The notes beneath the pieces were generated by a model. That model was not told the DNA's origin. It saw only the letters and a program-made list of their open reading frames with translations, and ran no database searches. Below are positions 51,501 through 58,584 of a DNA stretch of 64,000 nt, in pieces. Every line of letters starts with the position of its first letter. The stretch's first letter is position 1. This DNA comes from a virus, in the IMG/VR virus record IMGVR_UViG_3300028534_000004, positions 1-64,000 of that record; one strand, given 5' to 3'. Both the position numbers and the translations under genes were made by a program.

Positions 51501-54500
51501 AAAGAAGTTCCGTACTTATTAAAGAACCTGTCTACGGAGCTCATTATATGATTATCTTTAGTTCTTTTATTTAGAACAATTATTTCTTCTGACTGAGAAG
51601 AAGCTAAAACTACATTACCTCCTAATATTACTATGATAGGTAAATCTTTATTATATCCCTCACCTCTTCTCATAGATTGTTTAATATTACCTACTACCTC
51701 TTTTACCCTAGCATTAAAATCTACTCCTTCACCTATAGTCTCTATATAAGCATGAGTAAGAGAACGGATATAATTTATAAGCCCGGTAGTTACACTAATA
51801 TCTCCTACATAGGGCATAAGTTGTTTTATAATCTCACTATGGATATTATTCTTATTAGTAAGATATATCTTGATAGCGTTTTGTACAGAATCTATAATTC
51901 CGGTATCCATAAGTACATTAGGCCTGATTACTTTAAACAGGCGATATAATTTGTACTCTTTTCCATTTTTGTATTCGTACCCTATAAAGCGTAATTCAAC
52001 GTTAGAGCCATTAGGAATACTCTTGCCTGATGTATTTTGAATTACAATTCTATCATCTTCGAACGTAGTTATATTATCTGTCAAGGTATATTTTTTACCA
52101 TTCAGTAAAATATCACCGTTTATATAATAACTAACTTGTGTATGAGGAGCATACTCAGATAAGGCACCTAACATGTCTTCATCTACAGAGTATACAGAAC
52201 TACCTCCTACGTTTGTTATCTTAATAATATGGTCTTGATTCTTATTTAATTTATCAAGAGTATACTTTCTAAATAAATAAGTCTTTTTACGCATATTATT
52301 AATTAGCGTTCTTGTTTCTTCGGGATTACCTTCATGTCCTATGTTCTTAGGGTTATACCATGAAGTAGAATGGATAAAGAATATTTGTTCTCCTGTATCA
52401 GGGTCTACTGCTACAAGAGGTATATTATTGATATAATCTTCATCTGAAGGTCTTAATCTATTTTTACCAACATATTCTCCGAATGTCATTATTTGTTTGG
52501 TGCCATCATCGTTATAGACACTTATCATTACATTCTCATAGTCCTCGGCAATCTTCACTTTAAATTCTCTACCGGGTTTCATGTAATCATAATCTACACA
52601 CTTTTCAGAATCTATATCAGTATTATCTATAATCTGTCCATTTCTATCTATAAATTGAAATGCTGCTTTCATAGATTCTGTTACTGTTTTAATACCTTCT
52701 ACTTTTCGCTCATCAGGTTCTGTTACAGGAGAAGTGTCTATATCTTCTTGATTTTCTTCAATAACTTTAGCTTCTTCTTCGCCACTATAAAGAGCACTTA
52801 ATTCTGAAATTTTACTTTGTGTTTCTTTAAACGGGTCAAAAACAGAATTATATATTTTATAATAATCTTCTTTAGGCATACCGTTACCTTCCCATCCTAT
52901 TACATACAAAGGAAAGTTTTTATCAATTTGTTCTACATCATTAATTTCTTTTACCTTATTAAGGTAATCTTCAAATGTAGGTTTTCTTCCTAGTTCTTTT
53001 TCTAAAAACTGAATTTCTTTACCTATTAGATTAATTAATAAGGCTTTGTCCTCTTCTGTCAATTCCCTTTCTAAACTTTTGGGTTCAAATACCAAACCAT
53101 CTCCTAAAGCATCTTCATCTATTACTTCATCTACAACATCGTCTTTTTTATCTAAATCTTTGACTTCCGTATCTGATGCTGCTTCTTCTGTAGTTTCAGG
53201 TTGAACTCTCTTTCCTAACTCTTTTATTGCTTCCTGAGTTTTAGTTAGTTCTTCCTTAGTTTCATCTTTTGATTCCTCTTTAACAGGTTCCTTTTTATTT
53301 ATTTTATTCCTGGCAGCTTCGGCTTTTTCTTTAGCCTCTTTTAATTTTTCTAAATGTTCATCTTTTATCTTAAGAGCTTCTAGGATGCTATCTGTTTTCT
53401 TTAATCTATTTTGTAAAGCAATGTTGTCTTCTTTTAATTCATTAAGAATTCTTATTTGTTCTTTGTAATAGGCGATTTTCTTACGATATTTTTTCTTATT
53501 TACTTTTGATAGATGTTCTTTTTTATTCTGTAAAAGACGTATGTTCTTTTGTAGTTTTGTTTTAGACTCTTTTAATTTTTCTTCTAATTGTTTCTTAGTA
53601 TAGTTTTCCGATTCAACTAAAAACTCTTTAGTATTAAGAATAGCATCTACAGCTTGAAATAAATGTAAACTTTCTCGTTCTATCTCATGATAAGATTTAG
53701 CAGGATTAACAAAAAAGGAATTGGTCTTTATAACGGTTTTCGATGTTCCTTCTTTAACAACTTGTTCTTTTGTAGGTTCTTTATCTTGACCTTTCTGTTC
53801 TACTAAATCAGGTTCGTCTTTATTGAGGTCCTTATTGTTTTTCATTCCCTCAACAATATCATCTATTACTTTTTCTTGATGTCTAGGGTCTACCCATTTG
53901 TTATACAGACGATTACTTTCGTCTTTATTAAATTCAAGATTATATTTATCAAAATGATTTTTAATTAAGGAAAGTTTTGCATCATTATCATAGTCTACCT
54001 TCTTTTTTAAGTTGTTGTAAACTTCATTTAAATTCTCATTTTTACTTACTTCATCAAAAGTAGTTTCTAACTCTTTCCTTTTTTCCTTGAAGTACTTTAA
54101 CTTTTTAACTTTACCTTTAAGCTCATCTATGTTTAACTCTTTGGTAGTAGTTTTTGAAAGTTGTTCAAAATCTTCTTCGTCTAATAATTTATTTATCTGT
54201 TTATTAGTTTCTTTTTCGTTTACTTTTGAATTTTTATTTATAGAAGTTTTTAACTCTGATTTAAGTTTATCTATCATTACATCCAGAGCTGCTGCTTTAG
54301 AATGTAAACGTAATAGTTCTAATTCCTCGGGATTAGTAGTAAATTGAGTATATTGTTCTTCTATAACGTTACCAAGTTCTTCATCTTGTTTACCATATTC
54401 CTTTCTTAAGAAATCATAGTAAACAACATTAGTAAGACTATTTTTATCTACTTTATCTCTATGTGTTTCGTAACTTTCACTTAACTTATCCAAGTCCTTT

Positions 54501-56026
54501 AAATAAGTATTAAACTCATCTAAGGCTGCTTTAGCTTCGGTATCACTTCTAATATTAAGGTCTTCGTAAATATCTTTATCTTTGTTTTGAAGGCCGTTAA
54601 TTATAGTAGTCACCATTTCTTTATAGCTCTCGAAGCTCTGAACTTGATTATCAGACATCTCTTGTAAGTGTAATCCGTTAACAGCAGTAAGGATATTTAA
54701 TTGACGTCTATAAGTTTTAGCAGATTGAGTATCTCCTCTTTCTTGAGCTTGTCTTATTTCGTCTATGAGAACAGTTCTTGTAGCGTTTATTTTATTTTTA
54801 AAAGTACTGTATTTATCATCAAAATATTTTTTATTTCTAATCTCAGTAGGCTTTCTTAATAATGAAGAGCTAGCGTCCATTAATAAACCTCCCATTGCAC
54901 CAGCTGCAAAAGCATTCCAGTTATCTGCATTAGTTAACTCTCCGGATAAGAAATTACCGCGAGAATCTTTAAGAACTAATCCGCTACTGGTTTCAGCGTC
55001 TAACATTGAGAAATTCTGAAATACATTTTGGGCAAATTCTTCAGTACCTTCGGATAATATTTGTATTCCTCCTTTAGCAGCCATTCTACCGACTTTACTT
55101 CCCATGCTGGAGATAAATTTCTCTACAATTCCTTCTGTGCTCCCTGCTACAGGATTAACAAACATAGCTCTTGTAGCTGCTATATCCAACGGTAATAATG
55201 CCATATTTAAACCAAAAGTTTGACTAGCTGCTCTAGAAGCTATAGCAGAGGCTTCTTCTTTGCTATATCCATTATCTAAAAATGCTTGATAAACTTGGTC
55301 ATAACTTTGTTTACTTTCTTGAATACTCTCTTTATATCTTTGATAAGAACCTACAACAGTCGCATAATTTTTAATTTTTTTACTTTTACTTGCAGTCTTA
55401 GCAAATTCAAATAAGTTTTTTGATTTCTTACCAATGTTAGCTATTTCTTCAATACCTCCTGTGCCACCTGTTAAAGCTGCAAGTAAAGCTGTTTCAGCAA
55501 CAGTTTCTAACATCATTCCCAAACTGGTACCTGAACTAGCAAACCAATTAAACCAAGCTGCTGGGTCTGAAGGGTCAAATTTACCAGGATTCCTTTCATA
55601 TATCTCAGCTTGATGAGACAATATTTCATCTGATAATCTTGTAAAGCCGTTATCCATAGAGCCTTTTACTATACCCGCGGCTTTTAGTCCACTAGATAAA
55701 TCTAATGTTGCACCTGCACTAGACACAAAAGCTCCTGCTGTTTGTAAAGCAAAATTCCAAAGAGAAGCACCTGCTCTTTCCCAGTTACTCTGGTTATAAG
55801 CATATTGGGCTACTATATCTTTGTCGGGGATAAACTGATTTACTCTACCGAGATAATACATATCTTTAGAAAAAGAATGTACAGGTCTGTAAATCCCTAT
55901 ATTAATTTTTTCTTTTCTAGCTTGACCGGTTAATGGATTAACTAAGTCAGCATTTATGTATGTAACTTTTTTAGTGTTACTAGGCTTTTTATCACCTGGT
56001 CCAGGTAAATTAATTTTATATGGCAT
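42551..56026 (-). CDS. giant virion protein (4,491 aa) with RNAP-like DFDVD motif and C-terminal HExxH motif
   Basis: 13.5-kb ORF uninterrupted in the standard code. Gly/Ala-rich hydrophobic N-terminal 400 aa, then Lys/Glu coiled-coil tracts. PQKGLDFDVDKEF lies at aa 3192-3196 and VFLHEYLHAV at aa 4100-4104. Confidence 0.85.
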   Translation of the reverse strand: MPYKINLPGPGDKKPSNTKKVTYINADLVNPLTGQARKEKINIGIYRPVHSFSKDMYYLGRVNQFIPDKDIVAQYAYNQSNWERAGASLWNFALQTAGAFVSSAGATLDLSSGLKAAGIVKGSMDNGFTRLSDEILSHQAEIYERNPGKFDPSDPAAWFNWFASSGTSLGMMLETVAETALLAALTGGTGGIEEIANIGKKSKNLFEFAKTASKSKKIKNYATVVGSYQRYKESIQESKQSYDQVYQAFLDNGYSKEEASAIASRAASQTFGLNMALLPLDIAATRAMFVNPVAGSTEGIVEKFISSMGSKVGRMAAKGGIQILSEGTEEFAQNVFQNFSMLDAETSSGLVLKDSRGNFLSGELTNADNWNAFAAGAMGGLLMDASSSLLRKPTEIRNKKYFDDKYSTFKNKINATRTVLIDEIRQAQERGDTQSAKTYRRQLNILTAVNGLHLQEMSDNQVQSFESYKEMVTTIINGLQNKDKDIYEDLNIRSDTEAKAALDEFNTYLKDLDKLSESYETHRDKVDKNSLTNVVYYDFLRKEYGKQDEELGNVIEEQYTQFTTNPEELELLRLHSKAAALDVMIDKLKSELKTSINKNSKVNEKETNKQINKLLDEEDFEQLSKTTTKELNIDELKGKVKKLKYFKEKRKELETTFDEVSKNENLNEVYNNLKKKVDYDNDAKLSLIKNHFDKYNLEFNKDESNRLYNKWVDPRHQEKVIDDIVEGMKNNKDLNKDEPDLVEQKGQDKEPTKEQVVKEGTSKTVIKTNSFFVNPAKSYHEIERESLHLFQAVDAILNTKEFLVESENYTKKQLEEKLKESKTKLQKNIRLLQNKKEHLSKVNKKKYRKKIAYYKEQIRILNELKEDNIALQNRLKKTDSILEALKIKDEHLEKLKEAKEKAEAARNKINKKEPVKEESKDETKEELTKTQEAIKELGKRVQPETTEEAASDTEVKDLDKKDDVVDEVIDEDALGDGLVFEPKSLERELTEEDKALLINLIGKEIQFLEKELGRKPTFEDYLNKVKEINDVEQIDKNFPLYVIGWEGNGMPKEDYYKIYNSVFDPFKETQSKISELSALYSGEEEAKVIEENQEDIDTSPVTEPDERKVEGIKTVTESMKAAFQFIDRNGQIIDNTDIDSEKCVDYDYMKPGREFKVKIAEDYENVMISVYNDDGTKQIMTFGEYVGKNRLRPSDEDYINNIPLVAVDPDTGEQIFFIHSTSWYNPKNIGHEGNPEETRTLINNMRKKTYLFRKYTLDKLNKNQDHIIKITNVGGSSVYSVDEDMLGALSEYAPHTQVSYYINGDILLNGKKYTLTDNITTFEDDRIVIQNTSGKSIPNGSNVELRFIGYEYKNGKEYKLYRLFKVIRPNVLMDTGIIDSVQNAIKIYLTNKNNIHSEIIKQLMPYVGDISVTTGLINYIRSLTHAYIETIGEGVDFNARVKEVVGNIKQSMRRGEGYNKDLPIIVILGGNVVLASSQSEEIIVLNKRTKDNHIMSSVDRFFNKYGTSLRVTTNARALQEYSNKKFSFIDATGGYSVNDKYTLQDILKNNFFTNIKSFNIGTKNSPKYITRTQPRIEFNSTDQDNLDKRFDKIPLGKKIKDKTSNLTSKLKKKEEVKSEEEINTEYENKKAKDELKDISANTDTTNDTTPVEDDEELLNILEQANSIETSVTEVKLSDDIDEDLENILNEIEDNKNEISFREPRFIDEDEFEKIRQSYNEIEGLTTIELHTVVTYMYNSFLREFDKGQYISKKDIMSKLTDDFEKLLEPSIESINNTINNSISVLKRHKDNLTTTQKEKILTLVKVKQQELAKLETIIKNKNKIAKLAYKEVKLRTGIVEKKIDENATILEISEDLTDDERRNDEDSLDQEDIEGRTKELGKSVLEENGKERLPYKLRRFFSGLKQLDKTGQQVKGAFELPLFHDFDYIYDKVAEIILAYGDVAPTYEEMKARLLSAKAAHPWVEELVKRLDNTDEQTKIQFVVNFAKHFINMKSPMFGKDFKRNTYNLMLFDTNSNSVKRRILNDWDQSFLLSDLFRYTEGKFYINEDKLKEAIKQFEDMLPPEDYGNVEVDVSLYKEMLIMARGKGGKLYGDKLKPFKDIIDKLKPGSKASVTLRNSTKKFRIVITKDDKGNITYTGQTNVKGEISIQKVKAAFENIGVHLSTDTLEELNDKGLKIFYNNKVKFIKLKGLLNPNGNISPLGKIISLLYNLEDNIESYKKGKSAESLPLLSAIMSTYGLKLAAIESKYSNQVSSTSINDGKKNIYLINLPNYTSDMAYKIKNDEDYRQKLLNLSLTSENLILRKLQEDDKFKEGFALSHIALDALKELGKKTRGSNKITDQSPTDYDLIAMVLLQDLKSARTMTGIYHGVELRHIRTMFPTFSDKTQQLILDNVGFKITYNHFEFREGNIDKINKSLLTALYYQTVRPEIKRIHKNIKSEVETGIKGYDTFSKLFTILPGLNKFRKGGQSFQELMLQYDNIEDFERNHISDILAEIERLFVNKINDKFSEFVQNGFFNINEDGEFKINYMDQNFLKELDINDERELAYVATADYVINTFVGLTNINQIFAGDLAYYGKDKDVDSKNFEVDKNNEPIPYRVKNPDIYDDLFNNINVNASKRMAMLIAPGLKAYESNKEKYLQIMLQDAETNAANLEYLIELHYGVKEARKAAKEIENLKIIDTHLSNVELNTEVLSEEEITELKSQKDKILKNLKRYNVISDFLEIESTDAQEFTTLSEHINVLYRYGKLTEKQYTDIKGKIKKQRQFEKQNKPIPDEYLLTKDDLDVVLQPLKPVYGGSMLDEDNDTNHVIYIKSSSIPLIPQVTAGKEIDKLRRAMEELEESEIEKGSHRTVRASFQTANKVGALKKALKIFTPDGRIKNLTSTHLANHSIELNREYFKIQQEIPYKAGKHKPNMVTLGTQMMKELFGNDMINKEFEYNGNKVTGEALAIYYNTLFAKRIDLNEKLLLDKLGLKNLSDHKQLAYKLKSLLIEEAESRGMYTKDLEQLKIKIVNGKPIFDVPLWLLPQAEKLESVAISLIRNAIIKLKMPGYSYVASTAEGWSLTNEENYRDDIIYTKYYDKEKGLQVTHKEGNKLKKVQVFVPSRFKDKEGNLVDIFGEKNKGKYWEYENGRKVLIEGMIDDELLSMITFRIPTSSHVSMSDVEIAGFIPEIQGDIIVVPNTILPQKGLDFDVDKEFAYFYWHELDEEGRIKKVGKGENLEKLEDKIKSLEKQRVKYKKKKEKDKVKEIEEKLEEAKDLYSKTIDNEIIKVHHSVLSSPDNEVQDKINKVLSIEFAKEQASLLEKLNKDSSKTYLGFADIDYQRDTMQRGSSGKMAIGVYAQAVTFLSLTQQANKITIKELKEKPIVFLGEDFEGGRVRIVSNGKIGNQRTLDGNRTIAEVLDERVNTGTDDMKVQILGRVNVNKYTISVDSLMALLGYDQALVGNEIISIPYFFLSQPIIKKYVEEMMNLDSNTNTEYGDKHAIAYSNAMKNLNLSPEEYQALNDNSNAFTFSVKDLYDNIGTSKDRLFQARILRAFNFLKGIADEEVRPLTKLFGINNKFKGSMEDIIDLSNTLDNVSGKGFDNLFTNFTKFEDVNLEAFGLEHYSRVANPVAYMIGKSLGLNESLFSEFFIQYQQEFNMLYEEISSYTDTSTSAQGKQLKKDILKELKRFIYSSSKIGLTKGDVAVQRAKLDIDTDTNMSLARYLYELKIQKHQIFDNPLLSRLTFDINRDGTPSLIKFINANNSLLYEDVLYTALDELIEANLELPSYNYNNSSYKEISSEEFEKELIEGKTTILSKNPIDAFGNEKIVKFSYGRKKYKARFVAKHNKNTLTKKYPTLKDTGFETVYEYKIEPFYTTRDLANDLITYSLLNNAVQGAVEIVKYIPLSWFKMTSVNLSNLNFSNQLNDVLFNSERETEGIPFVTQFFQNNPEKATRVKDASEAKQLWEGSNIPYASMYDSKTDSKFRLFYKGKEIPVLSHWAIKQYDADREVMKKIKDYLQEENKEKVEPPKSEPTSKKNGKTADEVALHYIRKNIQEYRISDILEALTDRIKLDIPVYKVKSNDFVAVYSEGKIALTDTFLSLDDKDQARVFLHEYLHAVSVEYLSDYFYYDEEIGKTQIKQGAPKYAKDLYEVYNKAVEAFKDDPAYKSMKEKYKRLSNKEEGITFNQKEKAYYHLATIEEFITGIFTRPLFQEKLASIPYNEKQNLLSKFKDIIMDLLESLGIFKEGTLLRESAKRALVFIDNTLPSYRQDYIFEENSPIENPTPKTAISNNVSNKKVTAKLIRNLNTIETIEGEIIKHPTLDAHFLIFKDKTGHYRAIHYESGRLIKSNLYDSAEAAKDAMIKGLFPKTDFIKDMMKLKVINKPEAEVEPIKKDKVSPEKGFVYNGKEYNNVEVAIKENIDLTNKFTAIEQIIDVIHAYETINPSYIETNKKIMGDMAYATKANSLYKKLTDKHREPLSDIIENNFNFDEYFNIDELNDLNC
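43715..43729 (-). other. HExxH zinc-metallopeptidase-like motif (HEYLH)
   Basis: RVFLHEYLHAVSVEY at aa 4100-4104, in a hydrophobic-helix context typical of zincins. No third ligand was identified. Confidence 0.4.
46439..46453 (-). other. DFDVD motif (candidate catalytic Asp triad of a two-barrel, crAss-like/YonO/QDE-1-type RNA polymerase)
   Basis: The minus strand encodes G-L-D-F-D-V-D-K-E, similar to the NADFDGD / DFDID type. A bare DxDxD pattern is expected by chance about once in a protein of this size, so the call is weak without profile evidence. Confidence 0.4.
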
Positions 56027-56041
56027 TAGAGTAAGTTTTAA

Positions 56042-58582
56042 TTATCTAGTTGAAGTTCTTTGTCCTACACTATAAGAAGAAGATTGACGTTGTTTAACTT
56101 TATTACCGCTTCTCATATACCAAGGAATTACAGATTGTTTTACAGGAGGTATAGTTTCGCTTAAATCAATATCCTCTCCGTATTGTAACTTAGCTAAATC
56201 CATAGCTAATAGTCCTACAGTAGGATATAATCCGTATGTAGAAGTTTGATTATTTTCATCAGTCATTGTTACAGGAACATAACCATCTTCTGTTTTAGCA
56301 TAGATAGCTGCACTATATTTGGTTCCGGTAACTGTAGGAACAGGTACAATATCTACTTTTATATCATACCCTTGAGCATTCATTCTATAAGTTGTTGTAC
56401 TAAGAGGAGATTCTGAGTTAGCAGTAACATCATTATTCATAAGGTCTATAATTGATGTTTCTATATGATAAGCAGCTTTGGGTAATCCTCCAACAAAAGC
56501 ATTAGCGGTAAAAGCATCTGATTGAGTATAAGTACGAGCATTTTCACTTAGATAAGCACCTAAGCGTTTTCCGTTTTCAGATTCATCAGGAGCTACAAAT
56601 GATATTACTCCGGGTTCACCTTCTTGAGTTTTTAATTTAACTCCGGCTTCTCTTAGTGCTTTAGTATCAAATTGAACCCAATATCTTGTACCTGATTTAC
56701 CGGGAGTTGCTTTAATATCAGTTATAAAACTTTCAATAGGTTTTCCTGTCATTTGTTCTATTTCTTTGAATCGAACAGATTTTTTAGTTACAAACCTATT
56801 TAAACCTTTAGTATTTTTACCACCTGTAGTATAGTCGCCTTCCGATTCTGCAAACAAATTATCATTAGTGTAAATATTAGAATCATCAAACAAAGTAGTT
56901 CTCAATAAATTCACTCCTGTCGGGTCAGTAGTCAAAGGTTGAGTGACATCTAGAGCATTATAAGAGAATGCGTTCTTGTCCGAATTAGTAGAGTACCAAT
57001 CATTCTTAAAGGTTTTCTTATCATCGTCTAATTTGGAATATTGTTTTAAACTACCATTACTCTTCATTTGATACAAAGTCTGTATCATACTTTCGGAATA
57101 ACCTTTCTTTTCCATTCTTTTTTTGAATTTATCATAAGATACAAACGGGTCTGAACCACCTACAGTAAGAGTATAAGCTTGATAACTACTATTTGCATCT
57201 TCTATAGCTTTGTCTAATGTTACTCCTTGCTCTCTTAATTTTTCATTTAATAGATTATAGAATTCAACATTTTGTTTTGACCAACCTTTCTTTAATAATT
57301 GTTGGTCTGAGTAATTATCAGAACTTTGTTCGAAGTTAGTTAAACGTTGAAGTTTATCATTGTAACCTACTAATTGAGCTTCTAATTCTTTTATCTGTAC
57401 CTGTTTAGCAACAGCTTCTTGAGAATTAGGGTCCAACTTATCAAGTTCACTTTGCAAAGTAGCAATCTCTTTAGTTGTAGTTTTTACATTAGTATTTATC
57501 TCTGAAATCTGTTTAGCAACAGTCTCATGATTGAATTCTTTTGGGTCAAGTACTTGTACTGTTTGAGTAGTGCCGAATATGACTTTACTTATACCCATTT
57601 CCATTTCTTTAAGTTGACGCTGATGTTCATATCTAGAATCTTCCAAAGCAAACTTGTCAGCAGTAACTCCTGTTATTCCGCTTTCTTTTTTAACAAAGCC
57701 GTATTTCTTAGCAGCAAAAGTAGCAGCACTATTTATTGTAGAAACAAAGTACTTAGTAAACGGGTCAGCATTTTCTAATCCGGGAATGTTACTAGCCATC
57801 TGGTCAATCTGTGATTCATTAAGATAACCAAGCTTAGTATCTACTATAAATCTCTGTTGATAATAATCTCTAACTTTAGAGTTATTAGCTAAAGAATTCA
57901 TCATCGCGTCATACACTTCTTTTTCATCAACAGCTTCCCAACCAGACTGAGATTTAACCCAGTAGTTACCTTGTTTATCTACTCTATAAGTTTTACCGGC
58001 ATCTGATTGCCACCCTTTACCCAGTTCATTAACATATTGAGTTAAGTCAGTATACTCAGCAGGAGCCATACCTGAGAAACCTTTATATTTACCGCTTTCC
58101 TTATCGTAATTAGTTCCTTCCCAAGTTACATAAGCATATTGTTTTAATTTCTGAATATCTTGAGGTCTAAATTTATCAGGATTCTTTTTGCTCAATTCAT
58201 CAATATCTTTTGACCATTGTTGATAAGCATTAAAATTTCCTTGAATAGCAGCCCATTCTCCCTCTGTAGATTCATAGTAGATGTCTTTACCTAGCTTTTG
58301 AATCTTAGGCATCATTTGACGCCATTCCAGGACATTTTCATTTAAATTATTAGTAACATCATCTATGTTACCTTTAAATCCGCTAAATATTTCTTTTAAT
58401 CTGGATTCATCTTCTGAACCCAAACCTTGTCCTCTTAGACTTTTTAAATAGTTATCTAAGCTCTGCTGTTCAGCAGTAATCATTCTATCTTGAAACTGAA
58501 CAGTCTTAATCATTAATTCTTCGGGTAACTTAAAAGAATAATCGATTAGCTTAGGACTAGAAGTTTTATAAAATCTTCCCAT
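56042..58582 (-). CDS. virion-associated hypothetical protein (846 aa)
   Basis: Long ORF in the leftward late block, 15 nt upstream of the giant ORF. No motif recognised. Confidence 0.75.
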   Translation of the reverse strand: MGRFYKTSSPKLIDYSFKLPEELMIKTVQFQDRMITAEQQSLDNYLKSLRGQGLGSEDESRLKEIFSGFKGNIDDVTNNLNENVLEWRQMMPKIQKLGKDIYYESTEGEWAAIQGNFNAYQQWSKDIDELSKKNPDKFRPQDIQKLKQYAYVTWEGTNYDKESGKYKGFSGMAPAEYTDLTQYVNELGKGWQSDAGKTYRVDKQGNYWVKSQSGWEAVDEKEVYDAMMNSLANNSKVRDYYQQRFIVDTKLGYLNESQIDQMASNIPGLENADPFTKYFVSTINSAATFAAKKYGFVKKESGITGVTADKFALEDSRYEHQRQLKEMEMGISKVIFGTTQTVQVLDPKEFNHETVAKQISEINTNVKTTTKEIATLQSELDKLDPNSQEAVAKQVQIKELEAQLVGYNDKLQRLTNFEQSSDNYSDQQLLKKGWSKQNVEFYNLLNEKLREQGVTLDKAIEDANSSYQAYTLTVGGSDPFVSYDKFKKRMEKKGYSESMIQTLYQMKSNGSLKQYSKLDDDKKTFKNDWYSTNSDKNAFSYNALDVTQPLTTDPTGVNLLRTTLFDDSNIYTNDNLFAESEGDYTTGGKNTKGLNRFVTKKSVRFKEIEQMTGKPIESFITDIKATPGKSGTRYWVQFDTKALREAGVKLKTQEGEPGVISFVAPDESENGKRLGAYLSENARTYTQSDAFTANAFVGGLPKAAYHIETSIIDLMNNDVTANSESPLSTTTYRMNAQGYDIKVDIVPVPTVTGTKYSAAIYAKTEDGYVPVTMTDENNQTSTYGLYPTVGLLAMDLAKLQYGEDIDLSETIPPVKQSVIPWYMRSGNKVKQRQSSSYSVGQRTSTR

Positions 58583-58584
58583 GA

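Noticed and set aside
35245-54347. Numerous + strand ORFs of 61-131 aa inside the two giant minus-strand genes (e.g. 35245..35640, 38746..39042, 50943..51311, 52493..52801)
   Set aside because: They are Ser/Phe/Leu/Ile-rich low-complexity translations, as expected from the antisense of Lys/Glu/Asn-rich coding sequence. They lack any gene context and are fully nested in long, motif-bearing ORFs.
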